64,000 nucleotides of DNA from the human T2T-CHM13v2.0 reference genome, Homo sapiens. The notes below the pieces were generated by a model. That model searched no databases. It was not told the origin of the DNA and worked only from the letters and a program-made list of their open reading frames with translations. A program made the translations under genes and the position numbers. The stretch lies in assembly GCF_009914755.1 (NCBI RefSeq), contig NC_060925.1, one strand, 5' to 3'. Positions 41,151 to 61,816 of this stretch are shown piece by piece. How positions within the stretch are numbered: the stretch's first letter is position 1; each line of letters begins with the position of its first letter.

Positions 41151-42171
41151 TTAAGGTACATTTAAACTCCCACATGTGTAGAATGATAAATATATACAAA
41201 GAAACTTTCTGTAATATTGTTGGTAATAGCAAAAGACTGGAAACTACTTTCCAGCATTAGTGCATTAGTTACATAACTTGTAGTATACCCAGGCAATGGA
41301 AGACTATGCAATCCTCAGAAAGAACGAGGCAGCTCTACACATGCTCACTTGGTACCATACCCTAACATGTACAATTAAAAAGCAAGGTTCAGGATTGTGT
41401 GTACAGCATGCTATATTGCACACACAGGATGAATAGGCAAAGCACATATTACACAAATATGGCTATATTTGTATAAAAATTTAAAAATGTATCAATGTAC
41501 ACATACATGCACTTATACTCATGTGTTCATTGACTGTCTTTGGGAGGATACACCAAGATCTCTGGGGAGAAGTAAATAACTGAAGTATAAGGGTATGTGT
41601 TCCTTTGTAGCTTTCAAATTGTATACCATTTATTCAAAAATAAATTAATTTGATTAAAAAAATCAAAAATAATAAAAGATAACCTATATATTACAGAAAA
41701 AAGGGAAGAAAAGTGCAAAGATATCAAAGAATTGCTTGAAAAATACAAAGATTCCTAAATGCCAAGAGAAAATTTAAAAATAGCAAAGAAAACACATCAC
41801 ATGGGTGAAAACAAAGCAAATAATCATGTACACAGTAAAATTTTAACAAAAAATAAATAAATGGGAATGGGTTTAACCTATGAAATAAAAATATTTCCAA
41901 TTTGGCTACAAAACAAGATCAACTATATTCTGTATGTAAGAAAAAGGATAAAAATACAGGAATGGGGAAATGAAAACAAGTGCTGTGGTATTTTTTTTTT
42001 GGGGTGGGGGATGTGGGGAACAGGGTCTCACTTTGTTATCCAGGCTGGAGGGCAATTGTGCAATGATGGCTCACTGCAGCCTCAACCTCCCAAGCTCACG
42101 TGATCTTCCTGCCTCAGCCTCCCAAGTAGCTGGGACTATAGGCACGCACAACTATGCCTGGCTACGGTTAG

Positions 42172-42318
<147 letters not shown>

Positions 42319-42833
42319 TGATATTAACGTAGAACTTAAGCCAAAATGCATCAAATGTGAAGAAGTACATGTTTTAAAGTAAAAGCCACAATTACCAACA
42401 ATGAGTACCTTTGGAAGGAAAAATAACAGGAAATGCAAGGAGAAACGGAAGCACGCCAATGACAGCATGCTTTAACACGTCACTCTTAGACCAAGGTCGA
42501 CTAAACGTGAGTGAGGACATACAAAATCTAAACAGCAAAATCAATAAGGTAGAGTTTATGGATATATATATTTAATTTTATACCCCAATAATAGAGATTC
42601 AAGTGCTAATAGAATGATCACAAAAAATGATCATGTATTATGTCACTAAAAAGCATAAGTTTCATAACAACACACTCTGATTACAATGCAATATAATTCA
42701 GAATTAATAAGAAATCAGAAGAGCACACTTAACAGCAGAATTTTTTAAAAAAATACATTTCTATTAAACAACTCTTGAAAGGGAAATTATGAATAAAAAT
42801 TACAGAATTTAAATAAATAAATTATAATTTAAA

Positions 42834-44245
<1,412 letters not shown>

Positions 44246-44471
44246 CTACATATATGAATCTGTAGGATGCATTTAAAGTAGTCATCAGAAGAATAGCAAT
44301 AGCCTTAAACATTCATGTAAATAGAAGTAAAACAGGCCGGGCACTGTGGCTCACATCTGTAATCCCAGCACTTTGGGAGGCCAATGCAGGCCGACTGCTT
44401 GAGCCCAGGAATTCGAGACCAGCCTGGGCAACATAGTGAGACACCTATCTCTTTAATTTAATTTTATTTAA

Positions 44472-44687
<216 letters not shown>

Positions 44688-44690
44688 TAG

Positions 44691-45056
<366 letters not shown>

Positions 45057-45155
45057 TAAATTAAAAAAACATATAACAATTTTTAAAAAGAAAACAATAA
45101 AAATTAATGAATTGTATTCTCAACACAAATAGCTAGAAAAATAACCAAAAAGTAA

Positions 45156-46385
<1,230 letters not shown>

Positions 46386-46560
46386 AAAAGAAAGCACAAG
46401 GAAGGGAATAATGAAATAAAAGCAGAAACTAATGAGATGGAGAATAGAGAAATAGCAGACAAAATACGGTTTAAACAAAATACTGTTTTTTGGGAAATAA
46501 AAACAACAAAGCATTCAAACCATTGACTTAATTAATAAAAAAAGGAAGAAAGACCAAATG

Positions 46561-47212
<652 letters not shown>

Positions 47213-47231
47213 TTCCTTTTTTGTAGAGTAG

Positions 47232-47372
<141 letters not shown>

Positions 47373-47859
47373 TAGAGATTTGCATATCTGCAAAACAAGA
47401 TACGATGAGGGAGAAATACTTGTTGAGAAGAAATTTATAAAACCGTAAGAGGGCTGGGCCAAGTGGCTCATGCCTATAGTCCTAGAACTTTGGGAGGAGG
47501 GCAGATTGCTTGAGCTCAGGAGTTCGAGACCAGCCTGGGCAACATGGCAAAACCCTATCTCTACAAAAAATACAACAAAAATTAGCTGGACCTCGTGGTG
47601 TGCACCTGTAGCCCAGGAGGTTGAGGCTGCAGTGAGCCAAGATTGTGCCTCTGCACTCCAGCCTGGGTGACAAAGTGGGACCATTTCCCCCCCCGCAAAA
47701 AAGAAAATCAGAGACATTTTGCAAATCACGATGTACATACATTTGAAAATGTTCATGAACTAGATAGTTATATAGGAAATCACAGTTCACCAGAATTTTC
47801 TAGTGATAGAAAACGTAAGCAGACCAATTTCTTTTTTTCTTTTCTTTTTTTTTTTTTGA

Positions 47860-48168
<309 letters not shown>

Positions 48169-48189
48169 TAGAGAGAAACACTAGAGGCA

Positions 48190-49680
48190 TGTTTATTAAA
48201 ATCAGGAACAGGAAAGGGCACTGAGTGTCCATGAAGATGAGCCCATGTGTGGCATCCATCTCTGGCAATATGGCCAGTCCATTTATGTGCCTATGTTTCC
48301 ACTCCTGGGGTGGCTGATGACAAGGGCTGGCTAATGTCAACAGGGGGAGTCACTTTGTCTGTGCAGTTATCGGTGCGTCTTCAGAGGTGGATGCTTTCTG
48401 CTGAGCACAGCATGTACTTCAGAGATCATCCCTCTTTTTACCTATTCCCATATGCCCACCCAAATGCCTTTTCCCCAGACCTCCATGTCCCTGGCCTTCC
48501 AGATTCCTGACACAGGTCACTTGCTGCTTCCCATGAGTCCAGATGTATTTTTTTTATCTTGGGCTGCTTTTCTTTCTACACGACACACATACCCAGGTGC
48601 ATGCTCAATGTTTTGCCCCTTGGGAAGGGTTCCTCTTTCCACTGTCTTTCAAGGTCACTCCAGAGTGTGGCTACCGTGGCGCTGCCATCCATCTGTGGCT
48701 TGAACTTACTCACTGAGCCAACCCAAGATAAGTCAATTTTGCGCATTTTCTTCCTGCTTCAACTGGTTGTATGAGACCCTCCCCTCTTTGCATATGGCCA
48801 TTAGTGAAAGTTGAGGAAGGGGTACTGGTGTGACCATGGTGGATGACCAAGGTCTGGCTACCTGCTCATGTGGCTTACCTGTACCCTGTTGTCCTGCTTG
48901 GGCTTGATCCAGATGTATGATTTCCATTTTATGATAGATTGTCTCTGGGCTTGCCTGATCTTATGATTTGATGAGTTTGTCAGAAGCCAGAAGTCATGAC
49001 TAGCAGTTCTGGATTCACAGGCACTTGCTCTTCCATGGTCAAACATTCAGTCTCTTCCAGGGCCCAGTAACAGACAGGATATCCTTGTTCCAGGTCCCCC
49101 AAGCCTGCACTGTGACTCTCCCTCTAGAGCCTGACATCAACTCCTCACTGAATCTCCTCCACCATTGATTAAACTCCTTACTGAATCTCCTCCACCATTG
49201 ATACCTCCAGCATCTTTGGGCCTGCTGAACCATATGGTCCAAAGCAAGGCTTCTTTGCCTGCAGCCTGGGCCTTCTGCAGAGCTCCTTCCTGCTCTAGGC
49301 CGCATTCAAAGTGAGGAGCGTTCTGTGTCACTTGGCATATGGACTGGAAAAGTAGTCCTGAGTGTGGAACTGTTGCCTCCAGGATCCAGTCAGGCTTCAT
49401 TCTTTGTGGTGAGGGATGGAAGAAGTAGCAATTTGTCTTTTACTTTGCAGGAGTATCCCAGTATGCCCCTGACCGCCATACTCCTAAATACCATATTGAT
49501 GAGGCAAGCCCCTAAATCTTTCTATGGTTTATCTCTCACCTTCCAAAGTGGGTCTTACAGAGGGCTTACGGCACGCCTCCAGCATGTTTGCCACTTCTTG
49601 CTCATACTGCTGGGATCAGCATGATGTCATCATTTTAATATACCAATGTTTTGAGGGATGTAAAGAACTCTGCTGCAATC
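48190..49680 (-). mobile_element. Decayed ERVL-class internal (pol RT/RNaseH) fragment
   Basis: Broken translations ICQVTQNAPHFECGLEQEGALQKAQAA and HKIRQAQRQSIIKWKSYI resemble ERVL pol; many stops and frameshifts. Confidence 0.75.
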
Positions 49681-49714
49681 TCTTTTAAGCATAGACACTC
49701 TTGTTAGAGAGCAC

Positions 49715-50100
49715 TTGTTAGAGGATGAATTATGTTCCCTGCAAAAGTTCATATGTTGAAGTCTTAATCCCCAGTACTTCAGAATGTGACTGTATTTGTA
49801 AAGGGCCTTTAATGAGGTAATTAATGTTAAATGAGGCCATTAGGGTGGGCCCTAATCCAATATAACTGGTGTTCTTATAAAAAGAAATTAGGACACAGAT
49901 GCACACAGAAGGAAGCCCATGTGAAGATACAGGGAGAAGACAGCCATCTGCAAGCCCAGGAGAGAAGCCTCAGGAGAAACCACCCCTGCTGACACCTGGA
50001 TCTCGGACTTCCAGCCTCTAGAACTGCGAGAGAATAAATTTCTGTTGATTAACCCACCCAGTCTGTAGTACTTTGTTATGGCAGCCCTAGACTAATATAG
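49715..50100 (+). mobile_element. MaLR LTR (MLT1B-like)
   Basis: atatgttgaagtcttaatcccc...gggtgggccctaatcc...aataaatttctgttg...gcagccctagactaat. Confidence 0.75.
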
Positions 50101-50897
50101 CACTGATTACGATCATCAGGCAGCAGAAAAAACATCTTTCAGTGGATTACTTAAGAGAGAGCATTTAAAATCACAAACTTAAGAAAGTACTGATACTATG
50201 TATTGTTTTTTATGTCTTTTTTGTTAATTTTTTGACATAGGGTCTCACTCTTTCACCCAGGCTGTAGTGCAATCATAGTTCACTGCAGCCTTGACCTCCT
50301 GGGCTCAAGTGATTCTCCTGCCTATAGGTGCATGCCACCATGCCTGGCTAACTTTTAAAAAAATTTTAGTAGAGATGAAGTCCCCCTTTGTTGTCTAGGC
50401 TCTGATACTGTGTATTGGAATAGAGAAAAAGCGACATCTATCAGCTCTTTGCTTGTAGTGGTGTTATTTACAACCAGAGACTTTGATTATAGCTGAAATA
50501 GGCTTTAGACATGATTGCCTAAACTTTCCAATTCACATGTGAGGAAATGGAAACCCAGAGAAGTGACTTTTGCTGGACTGATGTTATCAATGGTAATTTA
50601 CTGAATGCTTTTCATAAGCTAACCTATTATATATCTAATATAATTTATTTATTATTTTTCTGTTTTTTGAAACAGGATCTTGCTCTGTCACCCATGCTGG
50701 AGAGTCTTGCTCTTTCACCCAGGTTGGAGTGCAGTGGTGTGATAATAGCTCACTGTAGCCTTGAGCTCCTGGGTTCAAGCAATCTTCTGCCTCAGACTCC
50801 TAGGTAGCTGGGACTACAGGTGTGCACTACCACATCCTATTATGACCCAGGCGTGACCTCCATCATCCAGGCATGACCCTGTCATTTTTTTTTTTAA

Positions 50898-51002
<105 letters not shown>

Positions 51003-51418
51003 TGAGCCTGGCACTAATATAATTTTTATCATATCATCAGCCTGATAATCTGCATTTTACAGATGAGGAAACAGAGGCACAGAAATCATACATGGTTTGC
51101 TCAAGTAGTTCATGGCCCTGGGATGTAGATGGGTCTGACTCCAGACATGTGCTGTCAGTCACAGTGCTGCCCCAAGCTGCTCTGCAGTGAGGACCTTGCT
51201 CTTCCCACCCACCCTCCTGCCTTTTTGGGAGCTGTAGCTTGAGTTAGGGGGTTTACAATTTAATAAATGGATTCCTTGAGGCCCTAGAACATTCAAATAC
51301 CTGGAAAGGTTGGCTACTTCCTCACTGATTATGTCAGGCTCACAAAGAGGCAGAAAAACATGGCAAATATCTCCACTATAAGATGTGTGTTTTTCTTTTT
51401 TCTTCCTTTTTTTTTTGA

Positions 51419-51577
<159 letters not shown>

Positions 51578-52971
51578 TAGTAGAGACGAGGTTTCTCCAT
51601 GTTGGTCAGGCTGGTCTTGAACTCCTGACCTCAGGTGATCTGCCTGCCTCGGCCTCCCAAAGTACTGGGATTATGGGTGTGAGCCACCGTGCCCGGCCAA
51701 CAATGTGGTCTTAAAGCGCTACAAGAGTGATTAAGGAAAATAGTTGGCCAAGCTGATGTTATGGCTTTGTTTGGGGCCATATCATCTGATCAGATCACAT
51801 AAAACATGACAAAAATAAGATTTAAGTTTCAGACTAAGTGATGAAATTTGCCATAAAACTTGATTTTGAGCAACGTTTTAAAGAAATTCAGTTTAAGAGA
51901 GAGAGGAAATTTGTTTATTCTTATTAGTCTAGATCCAGGGCATTAATGTTAATGGGGATTTGTTAAACTGTTGGGCATATTTATCAAGAAATAGCAAAAC
52001 CCAAATCAAAACAATTTATCAGGCAGGCTTAGCAAACATTTCAATTTAACAGATGTCTGAGTAGCTATCATGTGCAAGGTCAGCCTCTCTGTTAACTGAA
52101 AAATGGAGGTACCAATTGAACAAATCTGGATGTGTGATATTCACTCTCCATCAAATAGGCCTCATAACTTCTTCCTGAAGTGGGTGCCATCTAGGAGCAA
52201 TTAGAGGGCTTAGTTGAAGTAGTGCTAAGTGTAACAGCATTTTATATTCGCTCATAGTTTCTGAACTGCACTTAAACACTCTCCTCTTGCCGGGTGCGGC
52301 GGCTCACGCCTATAATCCCAGCACTCTGGGAGGCTGAGGTGGGCGGATGACCTGAGGTCAGCAGCTTGAGACCAACCTGGCCAACATGGTGAAACCCCGT
52401 CTCTACTAAAAATACAAAAATTAGCCGGGCGTAGTGGTGGGTGCCTGTAATTCCAGCTACTAGGGAGGCTGAGGCAGGAGAATCGCTTGAACTCGGGAGA
52501 GGCAGAGGTTGCAGTGAGCCGAGATCGCACCACTGAACCCCAGCCTGGGCAACAGAGACTCCATCTCAAACAAAACAAAACAAACAAAAAAACACTCTCC
52601 TCTTTGAATTTGCAGAACACTGAATCTAGAGGTAGGAGGCTATGCTCCACCACCCAAAGTGATTGCCAGTTTCTCTGCCAGGAGTACTTTGGGTATTCTT
52701 CATTAAGAGGCTAGATCCATGGTATTACTGTCCAAAGGAATTTCTTAAACTATTGCACACACAAGCAGGAGAATCTAGAGCAAACATTGCTGATGTTCAA
52801 CCTACTAGCAAACATTTCCATTCAATGATGTTGAGTCCCCACTATGAGCAAGGCATCTATTCACTGAAAAATGGAGTTATCAGGTGAACACCACCTCTAC
52901 CTAACTGATCAATGAATCTCTGGTATCTAGCACAATGCCTGGCACACAATATATATTTTTACAAGTGGTAG

Positions 52972-53642
<671 letters not shown>

Positions 53643-56035
53643 TGATTGTAATCTAAGGGCAAATCTGCTGCCACGGTGTGGCAGCAAAGAAATGAAAGGA
53701 AGTGTCTGGCAGCGCAGGGGAGAAATTGTGTTTCCTCCTTCTCCAAAGGTTCACCTTTTCTATTTCACCTTCATCATTCATAAGAAGGTGAAAGGATGCC
53801 AGGAGCAAGGCGGATCTACGGGACTTTTGAAAAGAAATGTACTGACCTTTGGCTGTAAAAACTGTGTCATGAGAACAGAAAGCCCTGAGAGAAGAAGTCA
53901 GAAAATAGAGAAAAGGGGAAGGGAAAATAACTCCTGGCCTGCCTCCAATTCATTTAAATATTGCTCAGAGCTCAGCAGAGTGGGATGAGAGACACTGGCA
54001 AGAGGCTGTGCTGCAGTAAATGAGAGAATCTCAGGTGTCCTTATAATGGCCCTGTTATGGATCGCAGCTTGGATGAGCACTTCACATAAATGCAAGGCCA
54101 TTTCAGGACTCCCCAGCTGCAGTCAGCAGGCCCTCTGTATGCTTTGGCGTCTGCAGCTGGAAGGAAGCCTGCACAGCTCCCTTCTGTCCTCTCATTGTTC
54201 ACAGGACAGCCATTCATGGGATCTATGGCGCACTCTGTGCTAGGGCAGAATGCCAGGGAAGAGCTGCCTGTCTTCAGCGCCCTTGCTGGGAACCACACGC
54301 CAGAACCCGACCCTGCCATGCTTTGTGCTTCAGGCAGCAGGACCCCACCCCTAACAGAGTCTCAAGTCAGACACTAAGCGATGATCACGACTTGGGAACT
54401 CAGCCAGGAAAGAAAAGACATACAGCTTGAAAACAATGTGGGAAATGGCTGAGAAAGAGAGGAAGATAAGAAATAAAGAGGGCTCTCTGAAGAGTGAGCT
54501 GAACTTTGGTTGTGACAGGTTCTCAATAGTACCAAAATCCATGAACTTTTTTTTTGAGGATTCAAAAAAGTTTATAATTAAAGAGAAATGCTTCTAATTA
54601 AGGAGACAGTTTTCTGTCTTTTGGGAGATGGGGTTTGTTTGTTTGTTTTTGATTTCTCTGTTATGCCTTTATATAATGAGCCCTTAACAAAGGTAATGAT
54701 CATGAAGTAGATTACTACATGTACAGCACACTATGTTTCTGGGCATTTACTTATAGCTTGATATCTCCCCAAATTGCTTTACCTTTTTCTTCTTAGCTTG
54801 AGCAGAAATTACAGTATCTTGTCCCTCATTATACTTACCTATGGTTTTATTTATTATTATTTTTTCAGTTGGAGTTGCACTCTTGTCGCCTGGGCTGGAG
54901 AGCAATGGCGTGATCTCGGCTCACTGCAACCTCTGCCTCCCAGGTTCAAGTGATGATTCTCCTGCCTTAGCCTCCTGAGTAGCTGAGATCATAGGCGCCT
55001 GCCACCATGCCCAGCTAATTTTTGTATTTTTAGTAGAGACAGGGTTTCACCATGATGGCTGGGCTGGTCTCGAACTCCTGACCTCAGGCGATCCACCTGA
55101 GTCAGCCTCCCAAAGTGCTGGGTTTACGGGCATGAGCCACCACGCCCGGCCTATTCTTCTTTTTTTAAATCTAAATTTTATTTTTAGAGACAGGGTCTCA
55201 CTCTGTTGCACAAGCTGGAGTGCAGTGGCACAATCATGGCTCACTGCAGCCTTGAACTTCTGGGCTCAAATGCTACTCCCACTTCTAACTCCTGAGTAGC
55301 TGGGACTATAGGCACATGCCACCATGTCTGGCTATTTTTTAATTTTTTTTTTCTTTTTTTTTTTTTTGTAGAGACAGGGTTTCATTATTTTGCCCAGGCT
55401 GGTCTCGAACTCACGGCCTCAAGCAATCCTCCCAAAGTTCTGGGATTACAGGCATCAGCCACCGCACCTGGCCTGGTTTTATTCTGGGAGGCAAAAGTAT
55501 TTTACCAACATAAATTTATGAGCCATCGGAACAACCTGTGAGTTAATTCAGATTTGAACTTTGTTTTATAGAAAGTCACAAACTTTGAAATATTGATAAA
55601 TCCAGTAATATTGGCTTAATCAAGAAAGAGCATTTTATGGCATGGAGTAGGTAGGCATTAAAAATTGCCTTTCAAAAAAATTTTGGATACACTTTTATGA
55701 GCATAAGTCTCATTTTAAAAAACATCAAAAGAAACAAGAATAATTCAAAACACAAAAGTTGGTGCATTGAGTTAATATTTGCGACCCTCTTCCAATAAAT
55801 TCATCCTTAAAAGTCCTACAGACAGTTGAGCTGAAGTCTCCTCAAAGTCAAAAGGAACCCAGACTGCAGTTTTGTTTCATGAATGAATAGCTATCTTTTG
55901 CCACACATTCATTTACTCAATCATTCAATAAGCATTATTGAATTACTGCCAATTATAGGCCGTTGCATCTTACTTTTTCAATTTTGGGGGGTAACGACTT
56001 TATTGAATTCACATACCATACAATTCCTCTTCTTA

Positions 56036-56359
<324 letters not shown>

Positions 56360-57673
56360 TCAATGGTTTTAAATATATTCAGTATTGAACAAATATCACC
56401 AAAATCAATTTTCATTACCTCAAATGACCTTCCAAATTTAACGTTTTCGCAAGGCAAAATTGCTGACTTTCCTATATTTTTAGTAAGAGATGAGACTTTT
56501 CACTTACTATTTCTAAGTTACATTATGGTGTCATTTGACTATTAAAGTTTAACCCTCTTAAATGCTACTTCAATTATTTTCTTCCCTCAGACTTGAATTT
56601 AATTTTTTATATGATCTAAGGAAGCAGAGGGTTTTACATAATAACTACATGCATACCTATGAAGGGTGCTTTATCTTTTCTTCAATTTTTTATCCTGGGA
56701 AAATATAATCACATACAAATTACCATTTTAACCATTTCCCTTCATTTTATCACTTGATTTCTCAAAATATCACAACTCTCTCCACCTCCCAAACCCACTG
56801 TCAATTTAGACTGAGCATCTTCTTGCACAGCCAAAAGCAGAACAAAGCGTCAAGGAAAGGAGGGAGCTGGACTGCAGCTTAGTGGAACCAGAGGCCAGGT
56901 CCGGTTGTGCTCTTGAATCCCTGCTGCCCAGCAGAGCGGCTGACGTAGCTGGTGACTAGAGGAGTGAATACGGTGGTGGATCTCAGCCAGGAAGGTCGGG
57001 AAGGACAGCAAAATCCCAGAGAGGACCGAGTCAAGCCCGGCAGGCTCTCCTTCCTCCTGCACTGTTCTGGCACAGTTCCACCTCTATATTTTGAAGAAGT
57101 TCCTCCAGATGATTGCGTTATTGTGAAGCAGGAAAACATTAATATTGAGTATGTGCTGTGGTTGGGGCCTATATTCTTTATGTCATTTACTCTTGCCAAC
57201 ACACCTGGTAGGTATAAATATGTCCACATTCATAGGTGAGCCAACAGGCTCAGGGAGGCCAAGGACTTACCCAATGCCACGGCACATCTCACTCGAGCTG
57301 GAATTCAACAGCACATGTCACCTCTCAGGCCTTAGCATTCCATACTCTGCAAATAAACACTGGATCCCTCTCCCTGCACCAGCCCAAACTCAGCAAGCCA
57401 ACTAAAACACCCTCCCTTCCTCCCTAAAAAGCCCAGCTTTCTTTCTATAGATGTGTGCATTTCATAATATTTAAATTCAGTGTCTGCAATGCTGCAGAGA
57501 GTAAATTGTGCATACTATGGTTTTTCCTAGACCAGATTGACAGCAAAGGCTGCTGAGCTATGAGAAAATCAAGTCCAGGCAAAAGGAGTTAGAATTACTG
57601 TGATTTTTACCAGACAATAGCCTGCATCAGTTGAGCTCTCTAGAGTCCATCACCTTCTTGTTTGTTTGTTTGT

Positions 57674-57712
<39 letters not shown>

Positions 57713-58358
57713 GAGACACAGTCTCACTGTGTCACCCAGGCTGGAGTGCAAAGGCGCAATCTCGGCTCTCTGCATCCTCCACCTCCCAGATTCAAGCGAT
57801 TTTCTTGCCTCAGCCTCCTGAGTAGCTGGGATTATAGGCACGCACTACCACACCTAATTTTTGTAGAGATGGGGTTTCACCATGTTGGCCAGGCTGGTCT
57901 TGAACTCCTGGCCTCAAGTGATCCACTCACCTTGCCCTCCCAAAGTGTTGGGATTTCAGGTGTGAGCCACAACGCCTGACTCACCCTCTTGTTTTAAAAA
58001 AGACTGTTATCAAAGCTCAGTGTTGTGAACAAAGCCTGATGCATAAGTATTAATCTGAGTGAACCAAAATAAGCCACATTGGCTAAAATGAGTGTAGACT
58101 GAATGGGCTCATAAGCTTGTTCTTTTATTTACAACCTACCTCCCTGTCTCTTTTCTTTCCTTCTTCCCACATGGAACACTGAGGAAGAGCCTTGGTAATT
58201 CAAGGCCAGGCCTGCCCCCAGGACTTCTGACCCCAGTCTACTCCACTGCCAGCCTCTTGTCCCCACTTTGCACACAGCTTATCAGCATTCAGATGGTCCC
58301 TACTGCCCTTTCCAGCTTGCAAATAATGGCCTCACTAGTGAGCCATGGAATTAATTAG

Positions 58359-58757
<399 letters not shown>

Positions 58758-60129
58758 TGAGCCTCATATGTAATTTAAAAATTTGGGGGAACATTTCTGA
58801 AATCAGGAGAGAATAGGACTTATAACGGGATGGCATCTTGCCAGAGGGTGGTTGTGACATTTGAAGTGGGTTGTTAGTCCAGGTGGCAGGACTGCACCAC
58901 TGCCTTCTTCATCAGCTTGGTCAGAAAAATATTGAATGACAATTTAAGGAAGGAATATAAAGCACGAAAGTCTCTGTTAACACCTTCTGCTAAGATCAAG
59001 GTTTCGGGGAGCACAGAGAGGAATAGTTAGACACTGACGACCAACTCAAAAAGTTGGACTTGGTGTGAAGAAGTTTTAGGAATACCAATACTAGTGGATT
59101 TCACTTATATTATAAAAACAATGTACGGTCTAAAGGAAAGGGCTTTAAATAAGCATAAAATAAGCTGGGTATGCTGGAGTGCATCTGTAGTCCCAGCTAC
59201 TCAGGAGGCTGAGGCAGGAGGAGTGCTTGAGCCTAGGAGTTTGAGACCAACCTAGACAATCTAGTGAGGCCCTGTCTCTTAAAAAAAAAAAAAAAAAAAG
59301 CAAACACAGACATAAAATAAAATTAACTTCTAAGTGAAGAGAAAGCATTCTTCATCATCTAATTGACAGTTTTAAAAAATGGTACATAAGATAACGGCGC
59401 ATCTTCTAATCAAAGGAGTCTCAGATTCAGTAAACATAGCATATGTGTATGTCAGGACACAGTGTGAAATACATTTGTTACTGTGGGTTGAAGTCTACAA
59501 ATGTGGGTTGAAGTGGGTTGAAGTCTACAAGTGTGAAAGTCCCTGCTCTAGAACCTTCATTAAAACAAATACATAAAACCAAACAAAACCAATGAGCAGA
59601 CAGAACAATTATTTCTTGCTTCCATACCACCTTCAGTAATGTCTTCATCTCTGCTCCCCTCAGCTGCCTGAAATTGTCTGCAACCCCAAAACCTCTCTCC
59701 ACTCCTCATCTCCTTCTTACTCTTTTTTTTTTTTTTTTTTGAGATGGAGTCCTGTTCTGTTGCCCATGCTGGGGTGCAGTGGTGTGATCTCAGCTCACTG
59801 CAGCCTCTGCCTCTTGGGTTCAAGTGATCCTCCTGCCTCGGCCTCCTGAGTAGCTGAGACTACAGGCATGTGCCACCATACCTGGCTAATTTTTGTATTT
59901 TTTGGTGGAGTTGGGGTTTCACCATGTTGGCCAGGCTGGTCTCGAACTCCTAACCTCAGGTGATTCACCCGCCTCGGCCTCCCAAAGTGCTGAAATTACA
60001 GGTGTGCACCACTGTGACCAGCCTAATGTGGTTAAATTTAAATGAATAAAATAAGAAAATCAGTTGCTCAGTTGTACGAGCAATATTTCAAGTGCTCAGT
60101 AGCTACACATGGCTAGTGGCTATTTTGCT

Positions 60130-60376
60130 GGACAGCAGAAATTACAGAACATTCCCATCCTCATGGCACATTCTGCAGGACAGGACAGAACTCCAGAACA
60201 TTCCCATCCTCACATCACATTCTACAGGACAGGACAGAGCTGTAGAACATTCCTCTATTGCAGTCACATTCTACAGGAAGGCACACAACAACATAACAGT
60301 CCCCTCCTTGCATCACATTCTACAGGAAGGAGCAGACCTGCAGAGCATTCCACAACCACAGCACATCGTACTGGGC
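60130..60376 (+). repeat. Degenerate tandem array, about 5 copies of 49 bp, at the end of a MER3/hAT-Charlie-like element
   Basis: CACATTCT(A/G)CAGGA at 60167, 60216, 60265 and 60314, with a degenerate copy at 60362. Confidence 0.8.
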
Positions 60377-60717
60377 TTGCTCTCTCTAGACACTACTTTG
60401 CTGTTGCTTGTGTTTTACAAGCGTCTTTTCACATTCTGTAGCATGCCTTCTCACTCTTTTTGTGGTGTCTTTGAGTAAGAGATGGTTTACAATTGAATCC
60501 ATCTTTCCCTTTTGGTTAGTGCCTTTTCATTTCTTTAGAAATTTCCGGCCAGGCGCGGTGGCTCACACCTGTAATCCCAGCACTTCGGGAGGCAGAGGTG
60601 AGCGGATCACCTGAGGTCGGAAGTTCAAGACCAGCCTGACCAACATGGAAAAACCCTGTGTCTACTAAAAATACAAAATTAGCTGAGCGTGTTGGCACAT
60701 GCCTGTAATCCCAGCTA

Positions 60718-61060
<343 letters not shown>

Positions 61061-61816
61061 TTAGCGCCTCATAGTTTCATACAACCTTCTTCTGTTTTTC
61101 TTCCTTTGTTGGCTACTCCTTTCTGACCTCTGAGTTTTAGTGGACTCCACAGCATACGTCTAAGTTCTCATCCCTTCTCACTCTATCCTGTTATCCTTGG
61201 TCATCACATTTATTTGCAAGGCTTCAAATTCCAATTACATGCCAGTGACTCTTGGGGAAGATATTGTGCTTGACTCCAACGTTCACTTTTCCCCCATTAT
61301 GTCAGGATTGGGGGACTGCCCTCAACTTATTACAAGCTAATATGGCTATACCTTGTCAGGTACTGGTTCAATGACTGAAGGCCTAATCCAAACTGGAGAG
61401 GTTTAACGGGCTGCTCTTAAGAGTGAAGAATAGGAAGTGAGCTCACACTCCCCCTAGACATGAATGAGGACTGTCTGGCCCTAGTCACAGTTGGTAGCCC
61501 TCTCACAACCATGGGAAAAGCCAGCCACAGAAGAGGGCAAAGGTGAACAGAGGTGGGCTCATAGTGAGTTGCACATGAAACCCACCTGAGCCCTCAGACT
61601 TTCCATTATAGCGAACCAGTAAAATCCTTACTTAAAAGGCCACCTGAAGTCAGATTTCGGTCCCTTGTAGCAGAAAGCACTCAAATGGAAACAATTCCCA
61701 AATGAGCACAAGCCCAGACCTCTCCTGAGCTCCAGGTATGTCTACCCAAGTGCCTATCTGGTATCTTCATGTGGTTCTCTGATAAGCATTTCAAACTTAC
61801 GAAGTTCAAAACTGAA

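Noticed and set aside
48190-49680. Domesticated retroviral gene
   Set aside because: The pol-like frames are broken by many stops and frameshifts
54272-54290. CTCF-like CCAGCAAGGGCGCTG on the minus strand
   Set aside because: Core spacing is one base short of the motif
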